A stretch of DNA of 64,000 bases from NCBI RefSeq assembly GCF_947039605.1, contig NZ_CAMQZG010000012.1:9771-73770 (forward strand), given 5' to 3'. Source of the stretch: an uncultured Clostridium sp. (GTDB lineage Bacteria > Bacillota > Clostridia > Clostridiales > Clostridiaceae). Position 1 is the stretch's first letter. Every line of letters begins with the position of its first letter. Shown piece after piece: positions 55,783 to 64,000 of the stretch. Position numbers and translations under genes: made by a program. The notes below the pieces were generated by a model. It was not told the origin of the DNA, made no database searches, and saw only the letters and a list, made by a program, of their open reading frames with translations.

Positions 55783-58548
55783 GTGGCAAAAAAGATAGAT
55801 GATGTATTAAATGCTGTTAGAGAGCTTGAAAATATAAATAGACAAGCAGTTACAGCTAATGAAGTTAGTGAATTTATGAAACTAGATAGAGCAAATGTGA
55901 GTAGATATTTAAATAAGCTTTATAAAGATAAAGAATTAGAAAAGTTAGATGGTAGACCTGTTAGATATAGTTTAGGTGATAGGTTAAATGAGGTTGAAGA
56001 ACAAAGTGGACAAAAAAATTATGTTGAGTCTTTTGCACCGGCATTAGAGGTTGAAGAAGAAAATAGTTTAGATTCTTTAGTTGGAGCTAATAGTTCGTTA
56101 CAGGTAGCTATCCAACAAGCAAAGGCAGCTATTTTGTATCCGCCAAATGGACTTCATACAATTATTTTAGGCGAAACTGGTGTTGGAAAATCTATGTTTG
56201 CAGAGGCGATGTATGGGTTTGCAAAAGATGCAAATGTTTTAAAGGATAAAGCACCATTCATAAGATTTAACTGTGCAGATTATGCAGATAATCCACAGCT
56301 TGTTATGGCACAAATATTTGGAGTTAAAAGAGGCGCATTTACAGGAGCTGATAAGGATAAGGATGGTCTTTTAAAGAAAGCTGATGGGGGAATATTATTC
56401 CTTGATGAGATTCATAGATTGTCGCCACAGGGACAAGAAATGTTATTTACTTTTATAGATAAGGGAGTATTTAGACCTCTTGGGGAAACTGAGACTCAGA
56501 TAAGTGTTAAACTTCAAATAATTGCAGCAACAACAGAGGATCCAAAATCATACCTGTTGCAGACTTTTACAAGAAGAATACCAATGACAATTATTCTTCC
56601 ACCTCTTAGAGAGAGAAGTTTAAGTGAGAGGTATGATTTGCTTGATGCTTTTATTAAAGATGAGTCAGCAAGACTTGGAGAGCCTGTATATTTCAATAGA
56701 AATGCTCTTTCATCATTTGTTTTATATGATTGTAATAATAATATAGGTCAGTTAAAGAGTGATATACAACTTTCGTGTGCTAAGGCATTTTTAAATTACA
56801 AAAGTGGAAAGAAGAATATTATAGTTGTAGAACAATCTGATTTACAAAGTTCTGTAAAAAGAGGAATAATGAAGCTTCAGGATAAAAGAAGTGAGATAGA
56901 TAAGATGTTTAATACAATAGGGGATGTTGTTTGTTTCTCTAATAATGAAGTGAATAATTTTTTAGATACAGATTTAGTTGTTCATAACAATGATGAGGAA
57001 CATGTTGAGCATTTTTATTTAACGATAGAAAATAAGCTTAAAAAATTAAAAAAACAAGGACTTACTAATAACGAGATTGATGATATTTTAAACCTTGATA
57101 TAGAAGGTTATTTTAGAAAATATATTAGTGAGTTAAAAGGTACGTTTAGAAAAGATGAGATTTCAAAGATTGTTGATAAGAGAGTTGTTGATGTTGTTGA
57201 AGAGGCTTTAGGTTATGCAGCAAAAGAACTTGGAAGAGAGTTTGGGGAAAAAGTTTATTTTGGATTAGCACTTCATTTACAAGGAAGTATTGAGAGAATT
57301 ATAAATGGAAATGAAATTTATCACCCAAAACTTAATAAGGTAAGAAAAGAATACAGAAAAGAGTTTATGGTAGCTATGGAAATAGCAAAACTTATAGAGG
57401 ATAAATTTGAAATAGCGATTTCTCTTGATGAAATAGGATATATAACTATGTTTCTTGCAACGGATGCTGATAAGTTTGAGAAGAAAAATGAAGAGAAAGT
57501 TGCAGTACTTGTTATAATGCATGGAAGAGCAACAGCTACAAGTATGGTAGAAGTAGCAAATACTTTTATTGGTGATGAGTATGTTCAAGCTTTAGACATG
57601 CCACTTGATATGAAGGCTGAGATAATGTTTGAAAAAGTTAAGCATAAAGTTAAAGAGATGAATACAGGCAGGGGGGTAATTATTCTTGCTGATATGGGGT
57701 CACTTGTTAACTTTGGGGATATTATAAAAGAAGAAACAGGGGTTAATATAAAAACTGTTGATATGGTTAGTACACTTGCAGTTATAGAGGCGGGAAGAAA
57801 AGCTTTGAATGGTAGAGATTTAACTTCTATATATGAGTCATGTTCTGATATAAGTAAATTTGGTCTTAGATATGTAGTTGAAAAAGAACAAAGAAAAAAT
57901 CTTTGTATTGTGACAACATGCTTTACTGGTGAGGGTTCAGCAGCAAGACTTAAAAAGTTTATAGAAGAAAAGCTTGTTAATATAGAGAGAGTTAATGTTA
58001 TTCCAATGAATATATTAGAAAGAGAAAAGTTCATAGAAAGCCTTTCAGAGGTTAGAGCAGAAAATAAAGTTCTTGCTATAGTTGGAACTGTAGATATGGA
58101 TGTAGAGAATATTCCTTTTGTTTCAGGTGCTGAGATATTTACAGGTGAAGGTCTTATAAAGCTTAATAAAATGGTTAAAAGAGAAATAGACTATGATCAA
58201 ATAGCCGAATCGTTGAAAACTCAAATTAAAGACATAGATTCATATGAGCTAGTACATAATATAAGGCTGGCTATTGGAGATATGGAGAATAACTTAGAAC
58301 TTGTGATTGATGATGATGCAAAAATGGGAATGCTTATGCATATGGGATTCCTTGTTGATAAGATTAAAAAAGGAAGAAAAGAAACTTTATTTGTTAATCT
58401 TAATGAGTATAGAGCAAAGAATAGTAAAGCATTTATAATGGTTAAACAAAGTTTGAAGTTAGTAGAAAGAGAATATAAAGTAAGTATTGGGGAAAATGAA
58501 ATCGCATTTATAGTAAAAATGATACTAAATAATAGTATTTTTAAATAA
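55783..58548 (+). CDS. Sigma-54-dependent transcriptional activator of the LevR/CelR type (HTH, AAA+, PRD, EIIA-Man-like, EIIB-Gat-like, PRD)
   Basis: GETGVGKS Walker A, GAFTGA sigma-54 contact loop, VLVIMHGRATATSM (EIIA-Man His), TTCFTGEGSA (EIIB Cys) and PRD-like helices. GTG start with RBS TGGAGG. Confidence 0.88.
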   Translation: MAKKIDDVLNAVRELENINRQAVTANEVSEFMKLDRANVSRYLNKLYKDKELEKLDGRPVRYSLGDRLNEVEEQSGQKNYVESFAPALEVEEENSLDSLVGANSSLQVAIQQAKAAILYPPNGLHTIILGETGVGKSMFAEAMYGFAKDANVLKDKAPFIRFNCADYADNPQLVMAQIFGVKRGAFTGADKDKDGLLKKADGGILFLDEIHRLSPQGQEMLFTFIDKGVFRPLGETETQISVKLQIIAATTEDPKSYLLQTFTRRIPMTIILPPLRERSLSERYDLLDAFIKDESARLGEPVYFNRNALSSFVLYDCNNNIGQLKSDIQLSCAKAFLNYKSGKKNIIVVEQSDLQSSVKRGIMKLQDKRSEIDKMFNTIGDVVCFSNNEVNNFLDTDLVVHNNDEEHVEHFYLTIENKLKKLKKQGLTNNEIDDILNLDIEGYFRKYISELKGTFRKDEISKIVDKRVVDVVEEALGYAAKELGREFGEKVYFGLALHLQGSIERIINGNEIYHPKLNKVRKEYRKEFMVAMEIAKLIEDKFEIAISLDEIGYITMFLATDADKFEKKNEEKVAVLVIMHGRATATSMVEVANTFIGDEYVQALDMPLDMKAEIMFEKVKHKVKEMNTGRGVIILADMGSLVNFGDIIKEETGVNIKTVDMVSTLAVIEAGRKALNGRDLTSIYESCSDISKFGLRYVVEKEQRKNLCIVTTCFTGEGSAARLKKFIEEKLVNIERVNVIPMNILEREKFIESLSEVRAENKVLAIVGTVDMDVENIPFVSGAEIFTGEGLIKLNKMVKREIDYDQIAESLKTQIKDIDSYELVHNIRLAIGDMENNLELVIDDDAKMGMLMHMGFLVDKIKKGRKETLFVNLNEYRAKNSKAFIMVKQSLKLVEREYKVSIGENEIAFIVKMILNNSIFK

Positions 58549-58692
58549 AAAATATTTAAAATTTAATAGTGTGTTTAAAAAAAACAGTGTGTAAAATTTG
58601 CACACTGTTTTTTTGCATTTTTACTGAAATAATAAATGGCTTAAATACTAGGTTTGAGGGATAAAAAACTTTTATTTGTGTAAAATAAAAGT

Positions 58693-58708
58693 TGGCACGC
58701 AAATTGCT
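58693..58708 (+). promoter_or_regulatory. Sigma-54 (-24/-12) promoter TGGCAC-GCAAA-TTGCT
   Basis: Exact match to the TGGCAC-N5-TTGC(A/T) consensus, about 90 nt upstream of the PTS IIB gene. Confidence 0.85.
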
Positions 58709-58797
58709 CTATATATAAGCATAGTTAAAAAGAAATAAACAAAACAAAAAATAAAAAAACGGAAGAAGTAGTTAATACTTCGTAGGAGGATTTACTT

Positions 58798-59103
58798 ATG
58801 AAAAATATATTATTAGTATGTTCAGCAGGAATGTCAACAAGCTTATTAGTTACTAAAATGGAAGCAGCAGCAAAAACTAGAGGAATAGATTGTCACATAG
58901 AAGCAGTTGCAGAAGCAGATGCTATAAACAAAGTAGACAATATCGACGTATTATTATTAGGACCTCAAGTTAGATTCTTATTAAAGAAATTCCAAGGTTT
59001 AACAGAAGGTAAAAATGTACCAGTAGAAGTAATTGAAACAATCGCTTACGGAACAATGAATGGTGATAAAGTATTAACAAGAGCTTTAGAGTTAATCGGT
59101 TAA
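58798..59103 (+). CDS. PTS lactose/cellobiose-family EIIB component
   Basis: 101 aa. MKNILLVCSAGMSTSLLV carries the phosphorylatable Cys. Confidence 0.9.
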   Translation: MKNILLVCSAGMSTSLLVTKMEAAAKTRGIDCHIEAVAEADAINKVDNIDVLLLGPQVRFLLKKFQGLTEGKNVPVEVIETIAYGTMNGDKVLTRALELIG

Positions 59104-59171
59104 TATTTAATATAAATTAGAAATTAGTTTAAGTTATATCAAGTTATATTTATAAGAAGGACGTGAATTTA

Positions 59172-59477
59172 ATGGAAGAAATAATCATGAATCTTATCAT
59201 ACACAGTGGGGAAGCTAGAAGTTACGGAATGGAAGCTATGGGATTAGCTAAAGAAGGTAAAATTGCAGAAGCTAGAGAATTAATAACTAAAGCATCAGAG
59301 CAATTAGCTGAAGCGCACAAATCACAAACTGCTTTAATCCAAGGCGAAGCTGGTGGAAATAAAACAGAAGTTTCATTATTACTAGTACATGCTCAAGATC
59401 ACTTAATGACATCAATGACATTAAAAGATTTAGCATCAGAAATAATAGACTTACATGAAAAAATAGATAACAAGTAA
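59172..59477 (+). CDS. PTS lactose/cellobiose-family EIIA component
   Basis: IIHSGEARS and LLVHAQDHLM (active His) motifs. The start is taken at ATG 59172. Confidence 0.9.
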   Translation: MEEIIMNLIIHSGEARSYGMEAMGLAKEGKIAEARELITKASEQLAEAHKSQTALIQGEAGGNKTEVSLLLVHAQDHLMTSMTLKDLASEIIDLHEKIDNK

Positions 59478-59564
59478 TTTGTTTATATGAAAGCTCTAAT
59501 ATTAGTATTAGGGCTTTCTTTATATAATAAAGTACAATAGATAAGGATCAAGGTGGGGAAGATA

Positions 59565-60455
59565 ATGAATTATATTATAGGTGTTGATGGTGGAGGTACT
59601 AAGACAGAGGCAGTTGCTTATGACTTAGAAGGAAATGTTTTAAAGGTATCTTTAAAAGGTTTTGCAAATCTACTTAATAATAAAGAAGAAGCTTTAAAAA
59701 ATATACATGACTCAATTAAAGATCTTACAGATGAGTATGGAATGGAAAGTTTAAAAGGTTTATATCTTGGGATTGCAGGTTCAGAAACAGCTGAAAATAC
59801 AAAACTTATAAAAGATATGGCAGATAAATTTTTAGATACAGCTATAGTTATGAATGATGGAGAATTAGCACTAAAAGCTATGCTTGAAGGTGAAGATGGT
59901 ATTTTAACTATTGCAGGAACAGGGTCAATATCATTTGGAGTAAAAGGCGATAATAGAATCAGATGTGGTGGATGGGGACACCTTTTAGGTGATGAAGGTT
60001 CAGCATATAAAATTTCTATTGAAGCAATAAAAAGAATGATTTTTGAAAATGATAATAATTTAGAAAAATCAGCTCTTACAGAAAAATCAATGGAACATCT
60101 TAAAATAAGTAGCGCAGATGAGGTAATTCCATTTGTATATTCAGCTACTAAGGATGAAGTTGCAAAACTTGCACCAGTAGTTTCAATACTTGCAGAGGCA
60201 GGCGATGAAATTTCTATAGCTATAATGAATGCAGAAGGTTTAGCACTTGCTAAAACTACTGAGAATACATACAAGAAACTTGGATTTGATAAATGTTCAA
60301 TAGGTCTTGTAGGTGGAGTTATAAGAAAAAGCAAAATTGTAAGAGAAGTTTTTGAAAAATACTTAGGTGAAAATATTAATGTAGTATCATATGTTGATTC
60401 AGAAGTTTCAGCAGCAAAAGGTGCTTATTATATATACTTAAAAGAAAATAAATAA
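59565..60455 (+). CDS. BadF/BadG/BcrA/BcrD-type ATPase, N-acetylglucosamine-kinase-like sugar kinase
   Basis: IIGVDGGGTKT phosphate-1 motif and GTGS. The start is taken at ATG 59565 (RBS AAGGTGGGG). Confidence 0.75.
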   Translation: MNYIIGVDGGGTKTEAVAYDLEGNVLKVSLKGFANLLNNKEEALKNIHDSIKDLTDEYGMESLKGLYLGIAGSETAENTKLIKDMADKFLDTAIVMNDGELALKAMLEGEDGILTIAGTGSISFGVKGDNRIRCGGWGHLLGDEGSAYKISIEAIKRMIFENDNNLEKSALTEKSMEHLKISSADEVIPFVYSATKDEVAKLAPVVSILAEAGDEISIAIMNAEGLALAKTTENTYKKLGFDKCSIGLVGGVIRKSKIVREVFEKYLGENINVVSYVDSEVSAAKGAYYIYLKENK

Positions 60456-60503
60456 AAATTACTTTTAAGAGGTAAAAATAAATAAGAGTAGGAGTGGCTT
60501 AAT

Positions 60504-61595
60504 ATGAGAAGACTTGGAATATCAGTATATCCTAACAAAGATAACATTCAAGAGGTTGTAGACTATGTACATTTAGCGGGAAAGTATGGATTTGAAAGAA
60601 TCTTTACATGCTTAATATCAGCTACAGAAAGACCTTTAGATGAAGTAATAGCAGAGTTTAAAATAGTTTTAAAAGCAGCAAACGAAGAAAAAATGGAAGT
60701 TATTGCTGACCTTGATCCTGCTGTTTTCAAAATGCTTGGTGGTTCAATAACTGACTTAAAAGCATTTAAAGAGATGGGACTTTCAGGTATCAGACTTGAT
60801 GCTGGTTTTAGTGGACATGAAGAATCAATAATGTCATACAATAAGTATGGATTAAAAATAGAGCTTAATGTAAGTAACGGAAACAAATATGTAGAGAATA
60901 TTCTTTCATATGCAGCAAATAAAGAAAATATATATGGATGTCATAACTTCTATCCTCATGTTTACACAGGATTATCTTATGAGCATTTCATAAAAACAAG
61001 TAAGCAATATAAAGATTTAGGAATTAAAACAGCTGCTTTTGTAGATTCAAAAGATGCAACTCATGGACCATGGCCTGTATCAGAAGGGCTTTGTACTCTT
61101 GAAGAGCACAGAACTATGCCAATAACTGTTCAGACTAAGCATTTATTTGCAACAGGTTTAATTGATGATGTTATAATAGCTAATGCTTTTGCATCAGAAA
61201 CTGAATTAAAAGCTTTAAGTAAGCTTAATAAATCAATGATTACTTTAACAGCTGAAGTTTTTGAAGAAACATCAGAGCTTGAAGAAAAAATTATATTTGA
61301 AGAGCACCACTTTAATAGAGGGGATGTTTCAGAGTATATGATAAGAAGTACTCAAAGTAGAGTTAAGTACAAAGGTGAAAAATTCCCACCTAAAAATACT
61401 AGAGAGATAAAAAGAGGAGATATATTAATCGACTCAGATTTATATGCTAGATATGCAGGGGAACTTCAAGTTGCTTTAAAAGATATGAAAAATTCAGGTA
61501 AAACAAGTGTAGTTGGAAGAATAGCAGAAGATGAGATATTCTTATTAGACTATATTACACCTTGGATGAGTTTTGGTTTTTCAAAGAAAAAATAG
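60504..61595 (+). CDS. DUF871 family protein (MupG-like 6-phospho-N-acetylmuramidase family)
   Basis: MRRLGISVYP...GFERIFTCL N-terminus and a length of 363 aa are typical of DUF871. Confidence 0.7.
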   Translation: MRRLGISVYPNKDNIQEVVDYVHLAGKYGFERIFTCLISATERPLDEVIAEFKIVLKAANEEKMEVIADLDPAVFKMLGGSITDLKAFKEMGLSGIRLDAGFSGHEESIMSYNKYGLKIELNVSNGNKYVENILSYAANKENIYGCHNFYPHVYTGLSYEHFIKTSKQYKDLGIKTAAFVDSKDATHGPWPVSEGLCTLEEHRTMPITVQTKHLFATGLIDDVIIANAFASETELKALSKLNKSMITLTAEVFEETSELEEKIIFEEHHFNRGDVSEYMIRSTQSRVKYKGEKFPPKNTREIKRGDILIDSDLYARYAGELQVALKDMKNSGKTSVVGRIAEDEIFLLDYITPWMSFGFSKKK

Positions 61596-61890
61596 ATTTA
61601 CACCATAAATTTTAATCAGATATAAAAGCCCGTACGAGTTTTGAACTTGTATGGGCTTTTTTGAAGTTATAAAGAATTATAAAGTTAATAAAATATGAAT
61701 ATTATTGATAAAAGTTAACTAAATGATTAAGTTAGTTAACAGAATGTAATTTAAAGTGGCATTACACTAACAGAGTGTAAAAATAGAAGTATTTTACATT
61801 GCAAGTGTGTAAGAATTTGTCGAATTCAAAAATGGCTTAAATAAAGGGTTTAAAGAACATTGGTCTATACAAATAAGTAGAACTTAAAGT

Positions 61891-61906
61891 TGGCACAGTT
61901 ATTGCT
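61891..61906 (+). promoter_or_regulatory. Sigma-54 (-24/-12) promoter TGGCAC-AGTTA-TTGCT
   Basis: Exact consensus about 65 nt upstream of the GH4 start. It shows that the listed ORF start at 61890 is spurious. Confidence 0.85.
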
Positions 61907-61970
61907 ACTATATATAAGTGTAAGAACAAAAGAGAGAGTACGTTATAAGAGAAAAGAAGGTGGGAGTAAA

Positions 61971-63308
61971 ATGATAAAGAAGTTAAAGATAGTTACAATT
62001 GGTGGGGGATCAAGTTACACACCAGAACTTGTAGAAGGATTTATAAAAAGATATGACAGATTACCAGTTTCAGAATTATGGCTGGTTGATATAGAGGCAG
62101 GAAGAGAAAAATTAGAAATTGTAGGAAACCTTGCAAAGAGAATGGTAGAAAAAGCAGGAGTTCCTATGGAAATTCATATTACTTATGATAGAAGAGAAGC
62201 ATTAAAAGGTGCAGATTTTGTTACAACGCAAATGAGAGTAGGTCTTTTAGATGCAAGAGTAAAGGATGAAAGAATTCCTTTAAGCCATGGAGTTATAGGA
62301 CAAGAAACTAACGGAGCAGGTGGAATGTTTAAGGCATTCAGAACAATTCCAGTTATTCTTGAAATAGAAAAAGATATTGCAGAGCTTTGTCCTAATGCTT
62401 GGCTTATAAACTTTACTAACCCAGCAGGGATGGTTACAGAGGCACTTAATAGATATGGTGCAAGACAAAATGGAAAATATATTGGATTATGTAATGTTCC
62501 AATAGGAATGGAAAAAGCAGCAGCAGGAGTTTTAAATGTTAAACATGAAGATTTAAATATGACTTTTGCAGGTTTAAATCATATGGTATTTGGAACTAAG
62601 GTAGAAGTTAATGGAGTTGATAGAACTAATGATTTAATTGAAGCATTAGCAAATGGTGAGATTGGTCAAATAGTTAGAAATATATCAGATTTCTCATGGA
62701 ATCCAGAATTTATAAGAGGACTTGGAATGATGCCTTGTCCATATCATAAATACTATTACCAAAGAGAAAAAATGTTGCAAGAAGAGCTTAAAGAGTTTGC
62801 TAAGGGGCAAACAAGAGCTGAGGTTGTTAAAAGTGTAGAGGGAGAGTTATTTGACCTTTATAAGAATCCAGATTTAAAAGATAAACCTACACAACTTGAA
62901 AAAAGAGGCGGAGCTTATTATAGTGATGCTGCTTGTAGACTTATAACATCAATATATAATGATACACAAGATATTCAACCAGTAGATTTTAGAAATGGTG
63001 ATTCAATATCAGATATAGACCCAGAGTCTGTAGTAGAAGTTTCATGTGTAATCACAAAGGATGGTCCAAAGCCACTTAAAATAGGTGAGTTACCACTTGC
63101 TTCAAAAGGGTTAATTCAAGAAATTAAGACTTTTGAAAGATTAGTAGTAGAAGCAGCTGTTGAAGGAAATATTGAAAAAGCAGTGCTAGCACTTACAATA
63201 AATCCTCTTGTAGCATCAGATTCTCTTGCTAAAACTTTAGTAGAAGAGTTATTAGAAGCTCACAAAGAATATTTACCACAGTTTAAAGAATACTTTGAGA
63301 AAAAATAA
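61971..63308 (+). CDS. Glycoside hydrolase family 4 6-phospho-beta-glucosidase (CelF/ChbF-like)
   Basis: KIVTIGGGSSYTPELV NAD-binding N-terminus, FTNPAG, and GLCNVPI (Cys metal ligand). The start is taken at ATG 61971 (RBS AAGGTGGGA). Confidence 0.88.
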   Translation: MIKKLKIVTIGGGSSYTPELVEGFIKRYDRLPVSELWLVDIEAGREKLEIVGNLAKRMVEKAGVPMEIHITYDRREALKGADFVTTQMRVGLLDARVKDERIPLSHGVIGQETNGAGGMFKAFRTIPVILEIEKDIAELCPNAWLINFTNPAGMVTEALNRYGARQNGKYIGLCNVPIGMEKAAAGVLNVKHEDLNMTFAGLNHMVFGTKVEVNGVDRTNDLIEALANGEIGQIVRNISDFSWNPEFIRGLGMMPCPYHKYYYQREKMLQEELKEFAKGQTRAEVVKSVEGELFDLYKNPDLKDKPTQLEKRGGAYYSDAACRLITSIYNDTQDIQPVDFRNGDSISDIDPESVVEVSCVITKDGPKPLKIGELPLASKGLIQEIKTFERLVVEAAVEGNIEKAVLALTINPLVASDSLAKTLVEELLEAHKEYLPQFKEYFEKK

Positions 63309-63409
63309 GACAAGTTACGTTACAAATTTAAATTAGAGTACGAGTAAAATTAAAATACATGTAGAAGAAAGAAATGACTTTAAGAATAACAAACAAGGGG
63401 GAAATACAG

Positions 63410-64000
63410 ATGAAAAAGTTTTTTGATTTCATGGACAGATACTTTGTGCCGTATGCGGCTAAGGTGGGTTCACAAAGACACTTAGTGGCAATTAGAGATG
63501 GTTTCGTTACAATCAGTCCACTTATCATGGCAGGTGCATTTGCAACTTTATTAAATAATATAGGGTTTGAATGGTACCAAAACATGATGAATACAATATT
63601 CCCAGCTAACTGGAAAGATTTTGGTGGCGGAATATATGCAGGTTCACTTGCTATAATGTCAGTGCTTGCAGCATGTACAATAGCTTATCACCTTGCAAAA
63701 GGTTATGGCAAAGATGGTTTAGCAGCAGCTATGCTATCACTTGGATGTAATATGTTATTATTTACACCGAATGCAGATGGAAGTATTCCAGCAACATTCC
63801 TTGGTGGATCAGGATTATTCGTAGCAATTATAGTAGCATTAGTAGGTACAGAAATTTTTGTTAAACTTGCAGGAAACCCAAAATTAATCGTTAAGATGCC
63901 AGAAGGGGTTCCTCCAGCAGTAGCAAAATCATTCGCAGCATTAATACCAACAATTATTGTTATATCAATCGTAGCATTGGTTAAATATTTATTCGCATAC
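63410..64000 (+). CDS. PTS cellobiose/lichenan-family EIIC component, N-terminal fragment (runs off the 3' edge)
   Basis: Open frame from ATG 63410 (RBS AAGGGGGA) to the window end. MKKFFDFMDRYFVPYAAKVGSQRHLVAIRDGFV is the canonical EIIC-cellobiose N-terminus. It is absent from the ORF track because it has no stop codon. Confidence 0.88.
   Translation, partial: MKKFFDFMDRYFVPYAAKVGSQRHLVAIRDGFVTISPLIMAGAFATLLNNIGFEWYQNMMNTIFPANWKDFGGGIYAGSLAIMSVLAACTIAYHLAKGYGKDGLAAAMLSLGCNMLLFTPNADGSIPATFLGGSGLFVAIIVALVGTEIFVKLAGNPKLIVKMPEGVPPAVAKSFAALIPTIIVISIVALVKYLFAY

Noticed and set aside
61890-61970. The N-terminal extension of the GH4 ORF (MAQLLLLYISVRTKERVRYKRKEGGSK).
   Set aside because: The extension overlaps the sigma-54 -24/-12 promoter. 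The conserved GH4 N-terminus begins at Met 61971, which has its own RBS.

Overview
This window is 64 kb of a low-GC (about 30% by eye) Clostridium-type Firmicutes chromosome, carrying roughly 55 genes on both strands. I saw no rRNA, tRNA or CRISPR array. All calls rest on reading the ORF translations and the raw sequence; no database search or folding program was run.

Gene content, left to right:
- class I ribonucleotide reductase (alpha tail plus beta) and a PnuC-like transporter
- two paralogous CPA2 cation:proton antiporters flanking a PEBP gene and an HxlR regulator
- two tandem YhgE/Pip membrane proteins
- a vWA protein and two putative spore-surface genes
- a SAM-I riboswitch-controlled metF-luxS-metH(activation)-metH operon
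- a staygreen-like protein, an SNF transporter and hom
- a very AT-rich islet with a lactococcin-972-like secreted peptide next to an FtsX/ABC exporter
- MerR plus SDR, a YjiH-like protein, hcp, an NCS2 permease and further SDRs
- mgtA, proBA, VanZ, dps, an Fe-ADH, and ahpC with a domain-permuted ahpF
- a NatAB-like ABC pair
- a sigma-54/LevR-type regulated cellobiose-family PTS / GH4 / DUF871(MupG) / kinase locus

The stand-out signals are two related RNAs.
1. A roughly 2.47 kb IStron (group I ribozyme plus IS607-type tnpA plus a nonsense-mutated tnpB) splits an SDR gene. Splicing is predicted to restore that gene at the RNA level.
2. A second, ORF-less paralogue of the same ribozyme, supported by compensatory base changes, lies in the 5' leader of the Mg2+ transporter gene mgtA. 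No M-box is visible there.

Secondary signals:
- a dispersed palindromic terminator family whose arms are perfect DnaA-box consensus sequences
- a candidate bacteriocin/immunity islet
- a 29-aa hydrophobic ORF behind mgtA
- several clear operator palindromes
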